A stretch of DNA of 64,000 nucleotides from the human T2T-CHM13v2.0 reference genome, Homo sapiens. The stretch's first letter is position 1. Each line of letters opens with the position of its first letter. Position numbers and translations under genes: made by a program. The notes under the pieces are model-generated. The model was not told where the DNA came from, did no database searches, and saw only the letters and a program-made list of their open reading frames with translations. The DNA is taken from the NCBI RefSeq assembly GCF_009914755.1, contig NC_060935.1; one strand, given 5' to 3'. Positions 13,444-28,400 of the stretch are shown piece by piece.

Positions 13444-14140
13444 TATGGTAATTGCTTTGAAAAATGGTCAGAACCATCCTTCCCATCCTGCATGCCCTTT
13501 TATAATGTAACTCTGAAAGTCTTCAGGAGGTAGAGCCCTTTCTCCCTCTTCTTGAATCTTAGTTGACCACTGACTTGCTTTGATAAATATTCTACAATGA
13601 AAGTAATATTGAATGACATCTGGACTAGGCCTTAAGAAGCTTTCAAGCTTCCATTTTCATCCTCTTGGAACCATGTAAGGAAGTTCAGGTTATCCAGCAG
13701 GAGGGACTGTGTAGAGAAAGAACTGCAGATCAAGTTTTGCTTTCTTGCATGACGCAGTGATTCCTTTCAGTTCAACTCTGAATCTTGTCAGGTCTCAAAT
13801 GTGCCTTAGGGTCTATATGGATTTCAGGATGAAGACAGCGTAAACATGTTTGGATTATTCTAGCCCTAGAGGATAAGAGTTCCTCTCCCTAGGGTAGAAT
13901 TGAGGTTGACAAACATAGCTGCTAAACAAGTGGGCAACACCATCTTGGATGTTGCAGCTCCAGCTGAGCACCCCTCTGAAAGCAGCTGCGTGAGTGATCC
14001 CAGCCAATACCATATAAAGCAGAAGAACTAGCCAGCTGAGCCCAGACAATCCATACCATCCTGAGAAATAATGAATCATTATTGTTTTCAGCACCTACAT
14101 TTTGGAGTGGTGTGTGGCATAGCAATAGACAACCAAAACA
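13444..14140 (+). mobile_element. MaLR LTR (MLT1G/H-like), interrupted at 13725-13862
   Basis: 3' end cagctgagcccagac...aatcattattgtttt...ttttggagtggtgtgtggcatagcaatagacaaccaaaaca. Confidence 0.7.
13725..13862 (+). repeat. Direct repeat copy 1 (138 bp) of 14984-15123
   Basis: gcagatcaagtttt...cagttcaactctgaatcttgtcaggtctcaaatgtgccttagggtctatatggatttcaggatgaagac...ggattattcta occurs twice. Confidence 0.97.
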
Positions 14141-14287
14141 GGAATCATCTACTTTAGCTCACTCATTTCACAGAGACTGAAGAGCCAGTGAAGTTAAAGG
14201 ACTTGCTCAGAGCCACATAGCTCATTAGTGGCAGAGGCATGGCAAGAACTTAGATTTCTGCATTCTCAACCCACTGCTTGATCATTA

Positions 14288-14625
<338 letters not shown>

Positions 14626-14983
14626 ACCTGGTATAACTATTTGAATCCAGACAAAACAGGTGTACTTGTAACTTCTGCTAATGTGCATATAAAGTAATAG
14701 CTTGCACCGAATGAGTGTTTATTATTGCTTGGCACAGGGCTAAATGCATTATCTCATTTAATCCTCACAATGAGCCTATGAAGTGGGTCTGATATGACCA
14801 CCCCTTCCCCATTTTACATGTATGATAATTGAAGTTAAAGAGGCTAAATAATGTGCTCAGAGTCACCCAGCTAAGTAGGTGGTGGAGCCAGGATTCAAAT
14901 TCAGATTTGTCAGGTTCTGAAATGCTTACTCTTTAGCTGTCATGATATGCAGTTTCCACTGACTCACAAGGGCATTTTTTACC

Positions 14984-15123
14984 GCAGATCAAGTTTTTTT
15001 TCTTCTTGCATGATGCAGTGATTCCTTTCAGTTCAACTCTGAATCTTGTCAGGTCTCAAATGTGCCTTAGGGTCTATATGGATTTCAGGATGAAGACACA
15101 GTAAACATGTTTGGATTATTCTA
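14984..15123 (+). repeat. Direct repeat copy 2 (140 bp)
   Basis: Near-identical to 13725-13862. Confidence 0.97.
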
Positions 15124-16553
15124 ATAGTTTTTCTTTACTGAGCATTTTCTCTGAGTCACTAGGACTGTTCCTAAGGAAGGAAATTAAAAGGTCTTGAGTT
15201 TTTAATCCCTCAGAACTACAATCAAGACACTTCCCACCCCACCCCCACCCACTGTACACTCTGCATTGAGATTTATGGACTCCTATTATCCTGAAACTAC
15301 CTGTGAAGTAAGGATGACAATTGTAAGGTTGTGCTTTGGCAAGATTGGACAGTCTTGCTGAGCAAGAAGAGAGGAAAAAAAAAAGAAGGGAGGAGGAACA
15401 GGAAAGAAGGAAGGCACTAGCCGGAAGGAAGTTGGACCCAAGAAAGTGAAACTATTGGTCTAAGAGGATTATTGGGAGACTAGAAATCTAAGGCTAAGGC
15501 TGCCTCCCTTGGTTAGTAAGACGACTGTACATCACACTTTACCTAGGACAGTTCTGGTCTCTACCTACTGTTCTGGCATGATTGTCAGTAGTGCTCCATT
15601 TCATTCTCGAGGTATTCCGGTTGGGACAATAAGTCATATAGTGATCCTTTCAATCATGTTTCACTCTCGGCCCACCACTTCAAGTTTCAAGAAAGAAAAC
15701 TAGGCACTCGATGCTATCATGAGTGCTGAGGACATCAGAGTCAACAGATATGGCCCATTCCCCCGCGGAGCTCACTGCACAGTAGGGGAGATACATGGCC
15801 GCTTTACGATTTATGAAACACAAGAACAGAGGCACTGCTGGGCACAGGGGTAGGCAGTGGTTGGGAGAGGAGATGAGGTGGCCATTACAAGAGAGGGAAC
15901 AGCAAGTGCAAAGACATGGAGGCATGGCAAAGCATGGCATGGTTTAGGGAACCATAGAAATGAATCACTCCTAATGTCAAATGCAATGAAAGATTCCGAC
16001 CCCAAATTATTTTTCAGAAAAGGGCTATCTTACACTTGATTTCTTCCAAAGTCTCTCATTTTATAAGGTGATCTCCGGGTTACTTTATTTTAAATAAAAT
16101 AAATTACCATTTAGGGAAGTAGATGAAATTAGTTGAGAGAGAGAGAGAGTATGTGTGTGCATGCGTGTGCATGTGCACGCATTCCTGGGCTCCCAATAAT
16201 GCTTCCCAGAATAGCTGGGACTAAAAGAGGGAGCTCACTCACAACAGAGTCTCTCTCCATCCAGTTCTCTTTACCCCTCTGCCCTGCACAGCCTGAGAGC
16301 AGGGTTTGCTAAGAGGGAGAGAGGCAAAGAGAGGAAAGCAGGCACACTGAGCCCAGAGCCCTAAGGACAGAGAGAGAGAGAGAGAGAGAGAAAGACTGGC
16401 ATAAAGACTCAATATTATTCCTTGCCTGGGGTATGTCCTCAAAATCCTTAGTGGTGCACGTCATTGTAAAGTAGCCTTTTAAAGACCACTTTTAAAAAGC
16501 AACAACATAGCACATGGCTATATTGTGGAGAATATATATATTCTCAACTATAA

Positions 16554-16918
<365 letters not shown>

Positions 16919-17691
16919 TAAAAAATATCCTGTTGTTATATAAAGGTATATGTACGATTTGTGATAAAAATTCCAGTGGCTGCATCATTTCGTTTCAAAA
17001 AGTCCTATGTTACAAACAATGTAGAAAGCTGTGAAGATGGTATGTCTTGAAAAGCTGTGTTCTGTGACTCAAAATGTAGCTCTAGTGACGATGAAGACAT
17101 TGTCAGAATTGCCTGTGAAGAGTTGGAATAAACTTATTCATAAAATTTGAGACACAAAAAGAATCAATGTTTCTAAATTAATATTTTATATAATATTTAA
17201 TTTAAAATATATTTAACTAAATTAATACATGAAATATTACAAGGAGACACTGGAAATTCTCAGTTATATCCCCAAACATTTATACATTCAAGTTGGCAAT
17301 ACAAGTTTTCTTATATGATCATTTCATAAGAAAATGGGGGAAATGCCTAATTTGAGGTCACCAGATGTTTCGCACATACGAAACATCCCCCTTGGTCTAT
17401 GGTGAACCAAGGCGTAGAGTTGAGGGAGCAGCAGGAGATGAAGTTGGAGAGGTAAACAGGTGGTCAAATCAAGGAGGACCTTGCATACCATGCTGAGTTT
17501 GCAGTAGGCAATGGAAATCTAATGGATATTCAGAAGATGAGTGTATCTTAATTAAATTTGCATTTTGAAAGAATGATTCTGATGGTAGTGTGGATGGTGA
17601 ACAGAAATAGAAGAATGTTAAAATATGCTCAAAATATAAATGCAACGCAGCACTCATGGCCCTGTTTTGCAGGTGCATCTTCAGAGCGTAG

Positions 17692-18049
<358 letters not shown>

Positions 18050-18439
18050 TACCAACACTTACAAAATGAATAAGTTAATGACTGAAGGAATGACCCACTC
18101 TGAAACTACCTGTTCTCACTCCTCATCCCTCCCCATCAGAAGAGGCTGCCTCAGCGTTTTCAGGATGGCTCTTCCTCATTTTGACTATGTCTGTGGGCCC
18201 TCTGGTTTATCTGTGTTTCTTAAACTGAGGCCTCTTCCATCCTCAACTCGACTCCTCTAATATCTTGTCATCATTGTCTAAATAACTACTATGGCTATAT
18301 GTTGTCTTCAAACTTTTTTGAAAATGTACCACTTTTAGAGAGCATACTTAGGGGAAATAAGTCACCTGTTACTTGTTCCTCACTCTCTACTCTTACCTAC
18401 ATCATTCTGGTACCTCCCATAATACAAATTTCTTTATTC

Positions 18440-19260
18440 ATAGATAAGATTATAAACTGGTCAAGATATTGAGAAAAATGCCTCACTCTATGGAAAAAAA
18501 AAGTTAAGTTAGACTCCTATCTCAAACCATATACTAAGGTAACTTCTAGATGGAACTTAATGTGAAAGGGAAAATCATAAAGATAAAGGAAGAAGATATT
18601 GGAGTGTATATGTATAATCATGGAGTAGAGATAAACTTTTAAAACAGAATGGATTTGACTACGTCAAAACATAAGGTCTCTATTCAAAAAGGACACCACT
18701 ATAGACAATGATAATGGACAGGTGACAGACTGGGAGAAGATATTTACAATATCTAAAACTGACCAGGATTAATTACCCAGAAGAAACAAGAAAATTCTAT
18801 GAAAACAATAATGAAATGTCAGAGAACTCAATCAAAAATAAGCAAAAGCAATGGACACGCTGTTCATATAACAAGAATATAGAGCCATTCATCTTTATAA
18901 GTAATCTGAGACATGCAAAAATAATACAAGTTATCACTTTATACCCATTGACAAAAATTAGAAAGTCAGATAATACCAAATGTTGTCAAGGAGTGGATAC
19001 CCAACATTTTAACAATCTCAGCATTGTATTAAAAAAAAAAAAGACAGAAACAGAAAGCATTCCTTAGTGCCATGTTTATGTAAGGACTAACACGTGCATA
19101 AACAAAATAATTACACTTTTTAAAGATAGATATATACTCAAGGATATTTATCAAACACTCACTAATTAGAGTGAGTTTCTGTGGGAAGAAGTTGAGGGAA
19201 TGAGAGTGGGAGTCTGTAGATAAAAGAAAAATTAAATTAAATTAAAATTACATAAAATAA
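18440..19260 (+). mobile_element. Ancient L1M (L1ME-like) 3' fragment
   Basis: Degenerate ORF2 3' motifs (gactgggagaagatatttacaa; agataataccaaatgttgtcaagga). Confidence 0.65.
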
Positions 19261-21118
19261 CTTTCATAAACTAAAGACAGGTGATGATCTGAGTTGTATG
19301 ATTAACTGGCCTATCTGCACCTGAGTTCCAAAATAAATAAATAAATGGAGAGAACAAGCCTTGGGGAGATTTTCCCTCATAATCCCTGATTTACAAGGGC
19401 AGTGCACTAACCGCTGAAATACAAAGAGTTTAATTACTTCCAGTCCAGAGGTGACTGCTTTTCTAACTGGAGTAACGGAAGGCAAATTTAGGGATTTTTC
19501 TCACTCCCAAAGAGGGCTGATCTCGCAGATGATTAAGTGTCTGCCTCCATTCCCCGAAGCCCACTCCGGTAAAAGCGAAGACCACCCCTAACAAAGCATT
19601 TTCAAGAAGAGGAGTTTGAAAACATCATTTTGCCAAAAAGAATGAGCACCACCCAGGGGTTAGGGAGCTGGCTTGGGGACCAGGCAGGAAGTCAGAGATT
19701 AACTCACAGTTGACTGGATGTTCTTTTAAATCACTCTCTTGGCCTTTCGTTTACACACTGGTAAAATGGAAACTCCATTAGCAGAGACTATGGAAAGTGT
19801 CTGAAGAAAACTGAAACAACAGTCAATGAAATCTTTTGAATTCTTACAGTGAATAAAATGATGAATATAAAAATGGGTATGTTATTATTGTTATAGTTAC
19901 AGGAACTATTTAGCAAGTATGATACTCCATGAGTATAATGAAAATGTCTTGATCAGGGCTTGTCTGAAGTTAGCTTTACACATGCTTATTTTTTAAGGGA
20001 TTGGGGTGTTTAGAGCATTGTAATGTTACCAAGAAGTGAAGCATTTGCTTGTAAGCACTGGATGAAATGAAAATATTCAGAAGGGAATTGGGCCATGGAA
20101 TTATTTTGTGTATCCCTCTCCAATAGGCTTCTGAGGAAAAGAGTCAGGCTCAGCCACTCGGCCATAAAGGCTTCATTCTTTATATTGTGGCAGGGCTGGG
20201 ATGGGCTGAGAGATACTATATTTCACTGCACTGACTTTAATAGGATAAGATGTTAGCTAATATGATAACAGCATGAGATGAGATTCAGGTGATCTCAGGG
20301 GCTTGTTGGGGAAAATGAAATCAGTCACTGAAGTGACAGTCTAATTACATAAGAATGGGATCAGCTGAAGGGGTGCATTACCTTCCCTAAAGCAGTGGAC
20401 TTTGAAATTCCACCCTGTTGTCTTTTCAATGTCTAAAGGTTTTTCTAAAATTAAATGTACTATGTTATGCCTCTTACTAAACTCAGCTCTTCTATTTGGC
20501 ACAGGTGAAGGGGACAGAAATAGATTTCACACCTGGAAGGAAAAGACAGGTAAAGTTATTTAGAATCAGGCAATTAGGGGTGATATTAACTATTCAAACC
20601 ACAGATGAATATGGTAATATCCAATCTGAAAGATCTGGGTTTGAATCCCAACTCAGCTAGATTCTGGCTGTGTAAACCTTAAGTTTTTCACCTCTCTGAA
20701 CCTAGGTTTCCTCATTTTGTGTAGAGTTCAAATGTTAAAAGACTTAAGGGCTATCAGCCACGTAACAGCTGACACCTGTTTATTCAGGAATACACTATTT
20801 CTGGAAGTCTCACATGCACTCAGAAAACAGCTGCAGCTGCAAACTGCCCTGTCCTCCACATCTGCCTGCTGCTGAGCGTCTTGGAGATGCCTTAGAGCCA
20901 TTGCTACCTACGATGAGAAGACAACGGCAATGCCAAGTGTGATGACCAGCCCCCAAGATGACTCAAAGTTTTGGGGTAATTTGTTATTGTTTGGGCTCAG
21001 AAAATGATACCCCAAAATGAAGGCTTCAGAAGCATAAGTTTCTCTCTGACTTTCTCCCACTTTCCTGTCTCTAGCCCCTCATTCTCCCCTGAGGCTAGCC
21101 AAAGAAACTAGAATTCCT

Positions 21119-21290
21119 CTTTTTTTTTTTTTGAGAGGGAGCTTCGCTCTTGTTGCCCAGGCTGGAGTGCTGTGGCGTGATCGCCGGCTCACCGCAAGCT
21201 CCGCCTCCCAGGTTCAAGCCATTCTCCTGCCTCAGCCTCCCGAGTAGCTGGGATTACAGGCATGTGCCACCACACCCGGCTACTTTTGTA
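21119..21290 (-). mobile_element. Alu right arm (5'-truncated)
   Basis: Poly-T followed by the right monomer only. Confidence 0.88.
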
Positions 21291-21550
21291 AGGTGAGTCG
21301 TAGACACCAGAACCTCTTTTCCCCAAAGCCAGTCATAAAACTTAAAAGTATTACTCTAACTTTCCCCCACATTTCTGCATAAAAACTGGCCATAAAGAAA
21401 TGATCTGACTTACTTTGCTTGATTGTAGGTCATAAGACCCCGATTCCAGAGAAAGTCCTGCCCTGTACCTAGAAGGAAGGAATGTTGCACAGAAAGGCCA
21501 AGAGGAATCTAGACAGGCAGACCCTGCTGTCTCCCCACTCAGTCTGTTAT

Positions 21551-22093
21551 TGTTATCAGAAAGGGGCCCCAATCTAGACCCCAAAAGAGGGTTCTTGGAT
21601 CTCGCCCAAGAAGGAATTCAGGGTGAGTCCGTAATGTGAAAGCAAGTTTATTAAGAAAGTAAAGGAATAAAAGAATGGCTACTCCATAGACAGAGCAGAC
21701 GGCTGTCGGCTGCCCACTTTTATGGTTATTTCTTGATTATATGCTAAACAAGGGGTGGACTATTCATGCCTACCCTTTTTAGACCATATAGGGTAACTTC
21801 CTGACGTTGCCCTGGCATTTATAAACTGTCATGGTGCTGGTGGGAGTGTAGCAGTGAGGATCTCCAGAAGTCACTCTCATTGCCATCTTGGTTTTGGCGG
21901 GTTTTGTCCAGCTTCTTTACTGTCATCTGTTTTATCAGCAAGGTCTTTATGACCTGTATCTTGTGCTCACCCTCTATCTCACCCTATGACTTAAAATGCC
22001 TAACCATCTAGGAATGTAGCGCAGTAGGTCTCAGCCTCATTTTACCTAGCCCCTATTCAAGATGGAGTTGCTCTGGTTCAAACACCCCTGACA
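21551..22093 (-). mobile_element. ERV1 solo LTR MER41 (MER41A-type)
   Basis: Reverse complement begins TGTCAGGGGTGTTTGAACCAGAGCAACTCCATCTTGAATAGGGG; lacks the GAS-containing segment of MER41B. Confidence 0.88.
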
Positions 22094-22489
22094 TTAGCAT
22101 TAGATCATACCCTTTTTTCTTCAATCATATTTCTACATGGCTGTTCATACTTCATTGACCCTAAGTATAAAAATAGACAGTTTCCCCCTGTACTTTTGGG
22201 TCTTCATTCTGAAGACTCTTGTGTAATGTAAAACTTATATTAAATAAATTTATACATCTTTTCTTCTATTAATCTGCCTTTGTTCAGGTGATTTTATAGC
22301 AAACCTTCTGAGGGTGAAGTTTCCCCTCCCTTCCTACATTATGTAGCGATAGACAACTAACACAAATTTTATTAAAAAGAATAGTTTTTCCATAACAAAA
22401 CCCTAAAATGTTAGAATGGTTTTAGAACTGAGCAGAGGGTAGAAGCTGGAAGGACTTTGAGAACAATGTTAGTGAAAGACTAGAGTCTT

Positions 22490-22766
<277 letters not shown>

Positions 22767-23759
22767 CTAGAGCCTTTGTAGGTGAGAACTTAAAGGGAAA
22801 TGAGGAACATGTTTTTGGAAACTGGAGGAAAAGGGTCCTTGTTATGTAGTGGCAGCAGTTTAGTAACATTGTCACCTGCAGTAATGTGCAAAGTAGAAAT
22901 TGTGCCTAACCAGCTGAGTGTTCTAGCTAAGGATATTTCATGGTAGACTGTTGAAGGTGCTAACTGATGTTTTCTTGCTGATTATAGCAAAATGTGAAAA
23001 GAAAGAGATCATCTAAAGGAAGGACTTAAAAAAAAATCCGGAACTTGCAAGTTTTGAAAATTCCCAGCTTCCCCAGATGGCAAATGATGCTACTGTGAAA
23101 AAATGGCTTCCAGGCAAGGAAAAACTCCAGGACATTCCCAGCAAAACATCATCAAATGATGAAGGTAAGAGTGCGGCTATAAAATCCTTTGTTCAGACCT
23201 CAAAAGGATCTATAGCAGTGATTCATAGAATCATTCAAACAAACCATAGAGCTTGGAGGAAGTTTATAGTGTTGTGCTTTAGTGGTTTCACTGAGGGATT
23301 CTACAGAGTAAAGAAGGGTTTATCTTGAAAAGAGCTGTATGTATAATTTTTGTCCAATGGTATGAGCCCCAATTCGATTTATAGAGGATTCACAAAGTTT
23401 TCAAAACAATTCTTTGGCAGAAGCACTGCCAGCATGGACACACAGACAGAGTACAAAATGAAAAGTAGCCTTTGGACCTCCTAAATTCTACTTGCAGTAA
23501 GCAAATTGATACAATTACACAGCTGCAAACATGAACTACTTTTAATGGAAAAGGAAAGATGACTCAGAGAGTGGAATCAAGAGCTCAATGGGTGAAATAA
23601 AAAGCCATGGGGAGTCATTCCTGAACAAGGAGTAGGTTTGAACCCTAATCAAACAGCTTCCAAAATGTGTCTACCTGGATTTAAGGATTCTATGAGCCAG
23701 TGACTTCTCAGGCCTCCTGTCTTTCCTCCTTTTTGAGCAGGACTGTCTGTACCACTAAT

Positions 23760-24151
<392 letters not shown>

Positions 24152-24978
24152 TAAAACACTACACCAAAGTGCTTCATCCACACCTGGTCCCAATTTAGAT
24201 GACAGGACTCCAGACTTTGAACTGATAATATAATGGGTTGAGACTTTTGGGGACCTTGGGAAGAAGTGAGTGTATTTTACATTTGGGAGATACGTGAATC
24301 ATTGGTGGCCAAAGGGCAGACTGTGACAGCCAACCTCCAAGATGGCCCCAAAGATTCCCATCTCTTGGTTTTCAAGCCCTTGTGCAGTTTCTGCCCACAC
24401 TGAATAGAGCTAATCTCTAACCAATAAGCTATGTACGAAATGATGGCGTGTGACTTCTGAACTTAGGTTATAAAAGACATTGCATCTTCCATCTTGCCCT
24501 CTCTTGGATCACTTGCTTTGTGAGAATTCAACTGCCCTGTCTTGAAGACATTCCAGCAGCCCTATAGAAAGTGGTGAGGCCTTTTGCCAACAGCCATGTG
24601 AATGAACCATCTTGGAAGCAAATTCTATGCTTGTAGGTAAGCCTTCAAGTGACGATAGCACAGCCAACATCTTTACCAAAATCTCTTGAAAGACCCTAAG
24701 TCAGAACCACTCAGCTAAGTCACTCCCAGAGTCCTTGCTCACAGAAACTATGTAAGATAATAAATGTTTATTGTTTTAAGCTGCTACATTTTGATGTCAT
24801 TTTCTATGTAGCAATAGGTTAATATAACAAGGGTGCTATTTGTGGACACTCCCAAAGATACTAATTCCTGGGGAATCAGATGGTTCGGATTTCTCTGCAG
24901 AGGGGTACAGAGATCTGCCTCATTGAGTCTGCCACACCTTGTCACCAGAAATTTATGGAGTCCCTTTTTAATAGTTTA

Positions 24979-25317
<339 letters not shown>

Positions 25318-25442
25318 TCAAGAAGAATTGTAAAGTGTCAGATACTGAACTGCACAGTATTATATTTTAACTTTCTGTCAGATAACATTAAGAAGAAACA
25401 GTAATAACAATAATGATGACATGACTCCCCCTCCCCTCATCA

Positions 25443-25795
<353 letters not shown>

Positions 25796-27399
25796 ATTAT
25801 TTTCATTGAATAAAAGACTTTCTAAATGTGAGAACGTTATGTTTGTAAAGGCTAAGTTGTTTCCTTTTAAGCCTGGGGGAGGACAGGAGTAGAAATAACC
25901 AAGCAAGGCACACTTCTCATTAGGTATATTAACGTTGATGTTTGAGTTGACATTTGTTGAATTTTTTTTTTCAGAATGGTGCTTCAATTCATGTTTCAAA
26001 AGCAGACACAGAAATAATTTCCAGAGAAATGAGCTGGGGGAAAACAGAAATGTGTATGGAATTGGAACAAAATAAACCTGATTTTTTTCAACATTGTATA
26101 GAATTGTTCTGAGGTTAAAAAGAAAGGTTTCTAAAAAATAAATATCTAACAAAAGCTGCACAAAGATTAGGCATACATTATCCATGGAGACATTAAAAAC
26201 TATTAAAAAGGTTTTTTTACCCCACCTCATCCCCTGGTATGTTTGAGGAAAGCATCTGGAAATTCTAACTCAAAATCATCTAAGGGAATCAATGTAAAAC
26301 AGACACCATTCCATCCCCTTTCATCCTTCTTAATACACCTCAGCCTCTCCCTTGACTAGATAAAAACGTAATTTTCCCTCTCCCAAATACAGTGCAAAAC
26401 AAAAACTCTTCTGTGAATGGAGAGACATGGATATGGGGTAGAGGTGGAGACTTGCCTACATTACCAGCAGCCAGCCGAAAATGCCCTGTGTGTGTAAAAT
26501 ATGTTCCTTCAAAGGGGCATTGTGAGCACTAAATATAATTTGTGCCAAAAATAATAATGAAAGCTTAGTGAATACTCTACAGTGCAGGCATCGTTACATT
26601 TAATCCACAAAACTACCCCATGAGGTAGATATTTACCGTTCTTTTCACTTAACATCTTTTTTAAAAAGCGGAAAACAGAATGATGAATTAACTTGTCCAT
26701 GGTCATAAAACTGATAGGTAGTGGCACCAGGATTTGGGGACCATCGGGCAGAGGATCTTCCAAAACCGGCTTTTAAAGAGCCACAAAAAGATGTAGCCGG
26801 GTTCTTGGCACTACAGTACTGCTTTATAAACAACAGTTCCCTTCTTTTCTCTTAGAGCCCAGTGGGAATCTAGAGGGACACCTTACATAAAGGAAAATGA
26901 CTGCAACCTGGACCTGTCACTCGACAAATACTGCCTCTCCCCACCTCACTTCACCTGACGTCTCTGCCCAACCGAAGGCAGCTCTCAGAAAACCGCACAG
27001 AGGTTACCACCCCAGAAATTCTGAGATCCTAGGAGGTAGCAATGCAAATAGACAAAGCACAGTATTGCTTTGGATCGAAAATATTTGTTTGCTCATCCTA
27101 ACTCCAATTCCCCTAGCCTAGAACAAACATAGCCCTTCCGCACTCAGGAAATCCCAAGAGGTCAGGTTCAGTCTGGTAAACAACACTGTCCGGGCACCTT
27201 GCAGAACACTGGGGACTGTGACGGGCGGCGACAAATTGGCACAAGAGAGACTGAAATGCACAGGGACACCAGCCTAGTGGCCGTGAAAACTCAAGTTGAC
27301 ACTTCCAGGGAGGGAATGGGGGAGGTGGAGCCCAATTCCTGCTTCTGGAGAGAGTAAGAGACTTCCTCCATCCTCCTTCTCCCTCCTCCTCCTCCAAGG

Positions 27400-28400
27400 C
27401 ACGCTGAGATTTGGAGCGGAGGAGCTGAGCCCCGCGGGAAAAGCAGAAAAGGGTCATTGCCACTTTAAATGACTCAGGAAGTAAAAGGAGGCCTCCTGAC
27501 GGGGAAAGGGAAAGTGGAACCGGGGCGGCGCGGGGGCCGGCGGCTGCCGCGATCTCTCCCTGGTAGCGGGAGGCTGAGCGGGCGGCGCGACGCGGGGGCC
27601 GACGGGGGCGCCGGGTGGCCGCGCCGGAAGTGCCTTGCGCGGCAGAGGAAGCGCAGGGACAGAGCGGAGCAGGCCGAGCCGGCGGAAAGGGTCTTTGCTG
27701 CTGCGCCCGGGCAGGGGCTGCCGCGGCCCCAGGTCCCGCTTCGAGACGCGGCGCGGTCCAGGCGGGAGGCGACTCCCTAGGAAGGGACCCGGGGCGGGAG
27801 GAGGAAGTGAGGCCGCGCGGAAGGAAGGCGGCGAGCCCCGGGGCCCCGAGGCCTTGGCCGCGTCACAGCACCCACATGGCCTCTGGAGTGGGCGCGGCCT
27901 TCGAGGAACTGCCTCACGACGGCACGTGTGACGAGTGCGAGCCCGACGAGGCTCCGGGGGCCGAGGAAGTGTGCCGAGAATGCGGCTTCTGCTACTGCCG
28001 CCGCCATGCCGAGGCGCACAGGCAGAAGTTCCTCAGTCACCATCTGGCCGAATACGTCCACGGCTCCCAGGCCTGGACCCCGCCAGCTGACGGAGAGGGG
28101 GCGGGGAAGGAAGAAGCGGAGGTCAAGGTGGAGCAGGAGAGGGAGATAGAAAGCGAGGCAGGGGAAGAGAGTGAGTCGGAGGAAGAGAGCGAGTCAGAGG
28201 AAGAGAGCGAGACAGAGGAAGAGAGTGAGGATGAGAGCGATGAGGAGAGTGAAGAAGACAGCGAGGAAGAAATGGAGGATGAGCAAGAAAGCGAGGCCGA
28301 AGAAGACAACCAAGAAGAAGGGGAATCCGAGGCGGAGGGAGAAACTGAGGCAGAAAGTGAATTTGACCCAGAAATAGAAATGGAAGCAGAGAGAGTGGCC
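27400..28400 (+). promoter_or_regulatory. TRIM44: CpG island / TRIM44 promoter and 5' UTR
   Basis: Sharp rise in GC and CpG against a CpG-depleted background. GC boxes GGGGCGG (27522, 27791), ETS CCGGAAGTG (27624-27632) and GAGGAAGTG (27801-27809), AP-1 TGACTCA (27470-27476). No TATA box seen; the TSS cannot be fixed from sequence. Confidence 0.9.

Larger units (their letters stand above)
20988..22338 (+). mobile_element. ERV1 solo LTR (MER39-like)
   Basis: tgtttgggctcagaaaatgataccccaaaatgaaggc...cctaca; TG..CA termini; 4-bp TSD ttat/ttat. Confidence 0.8.
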
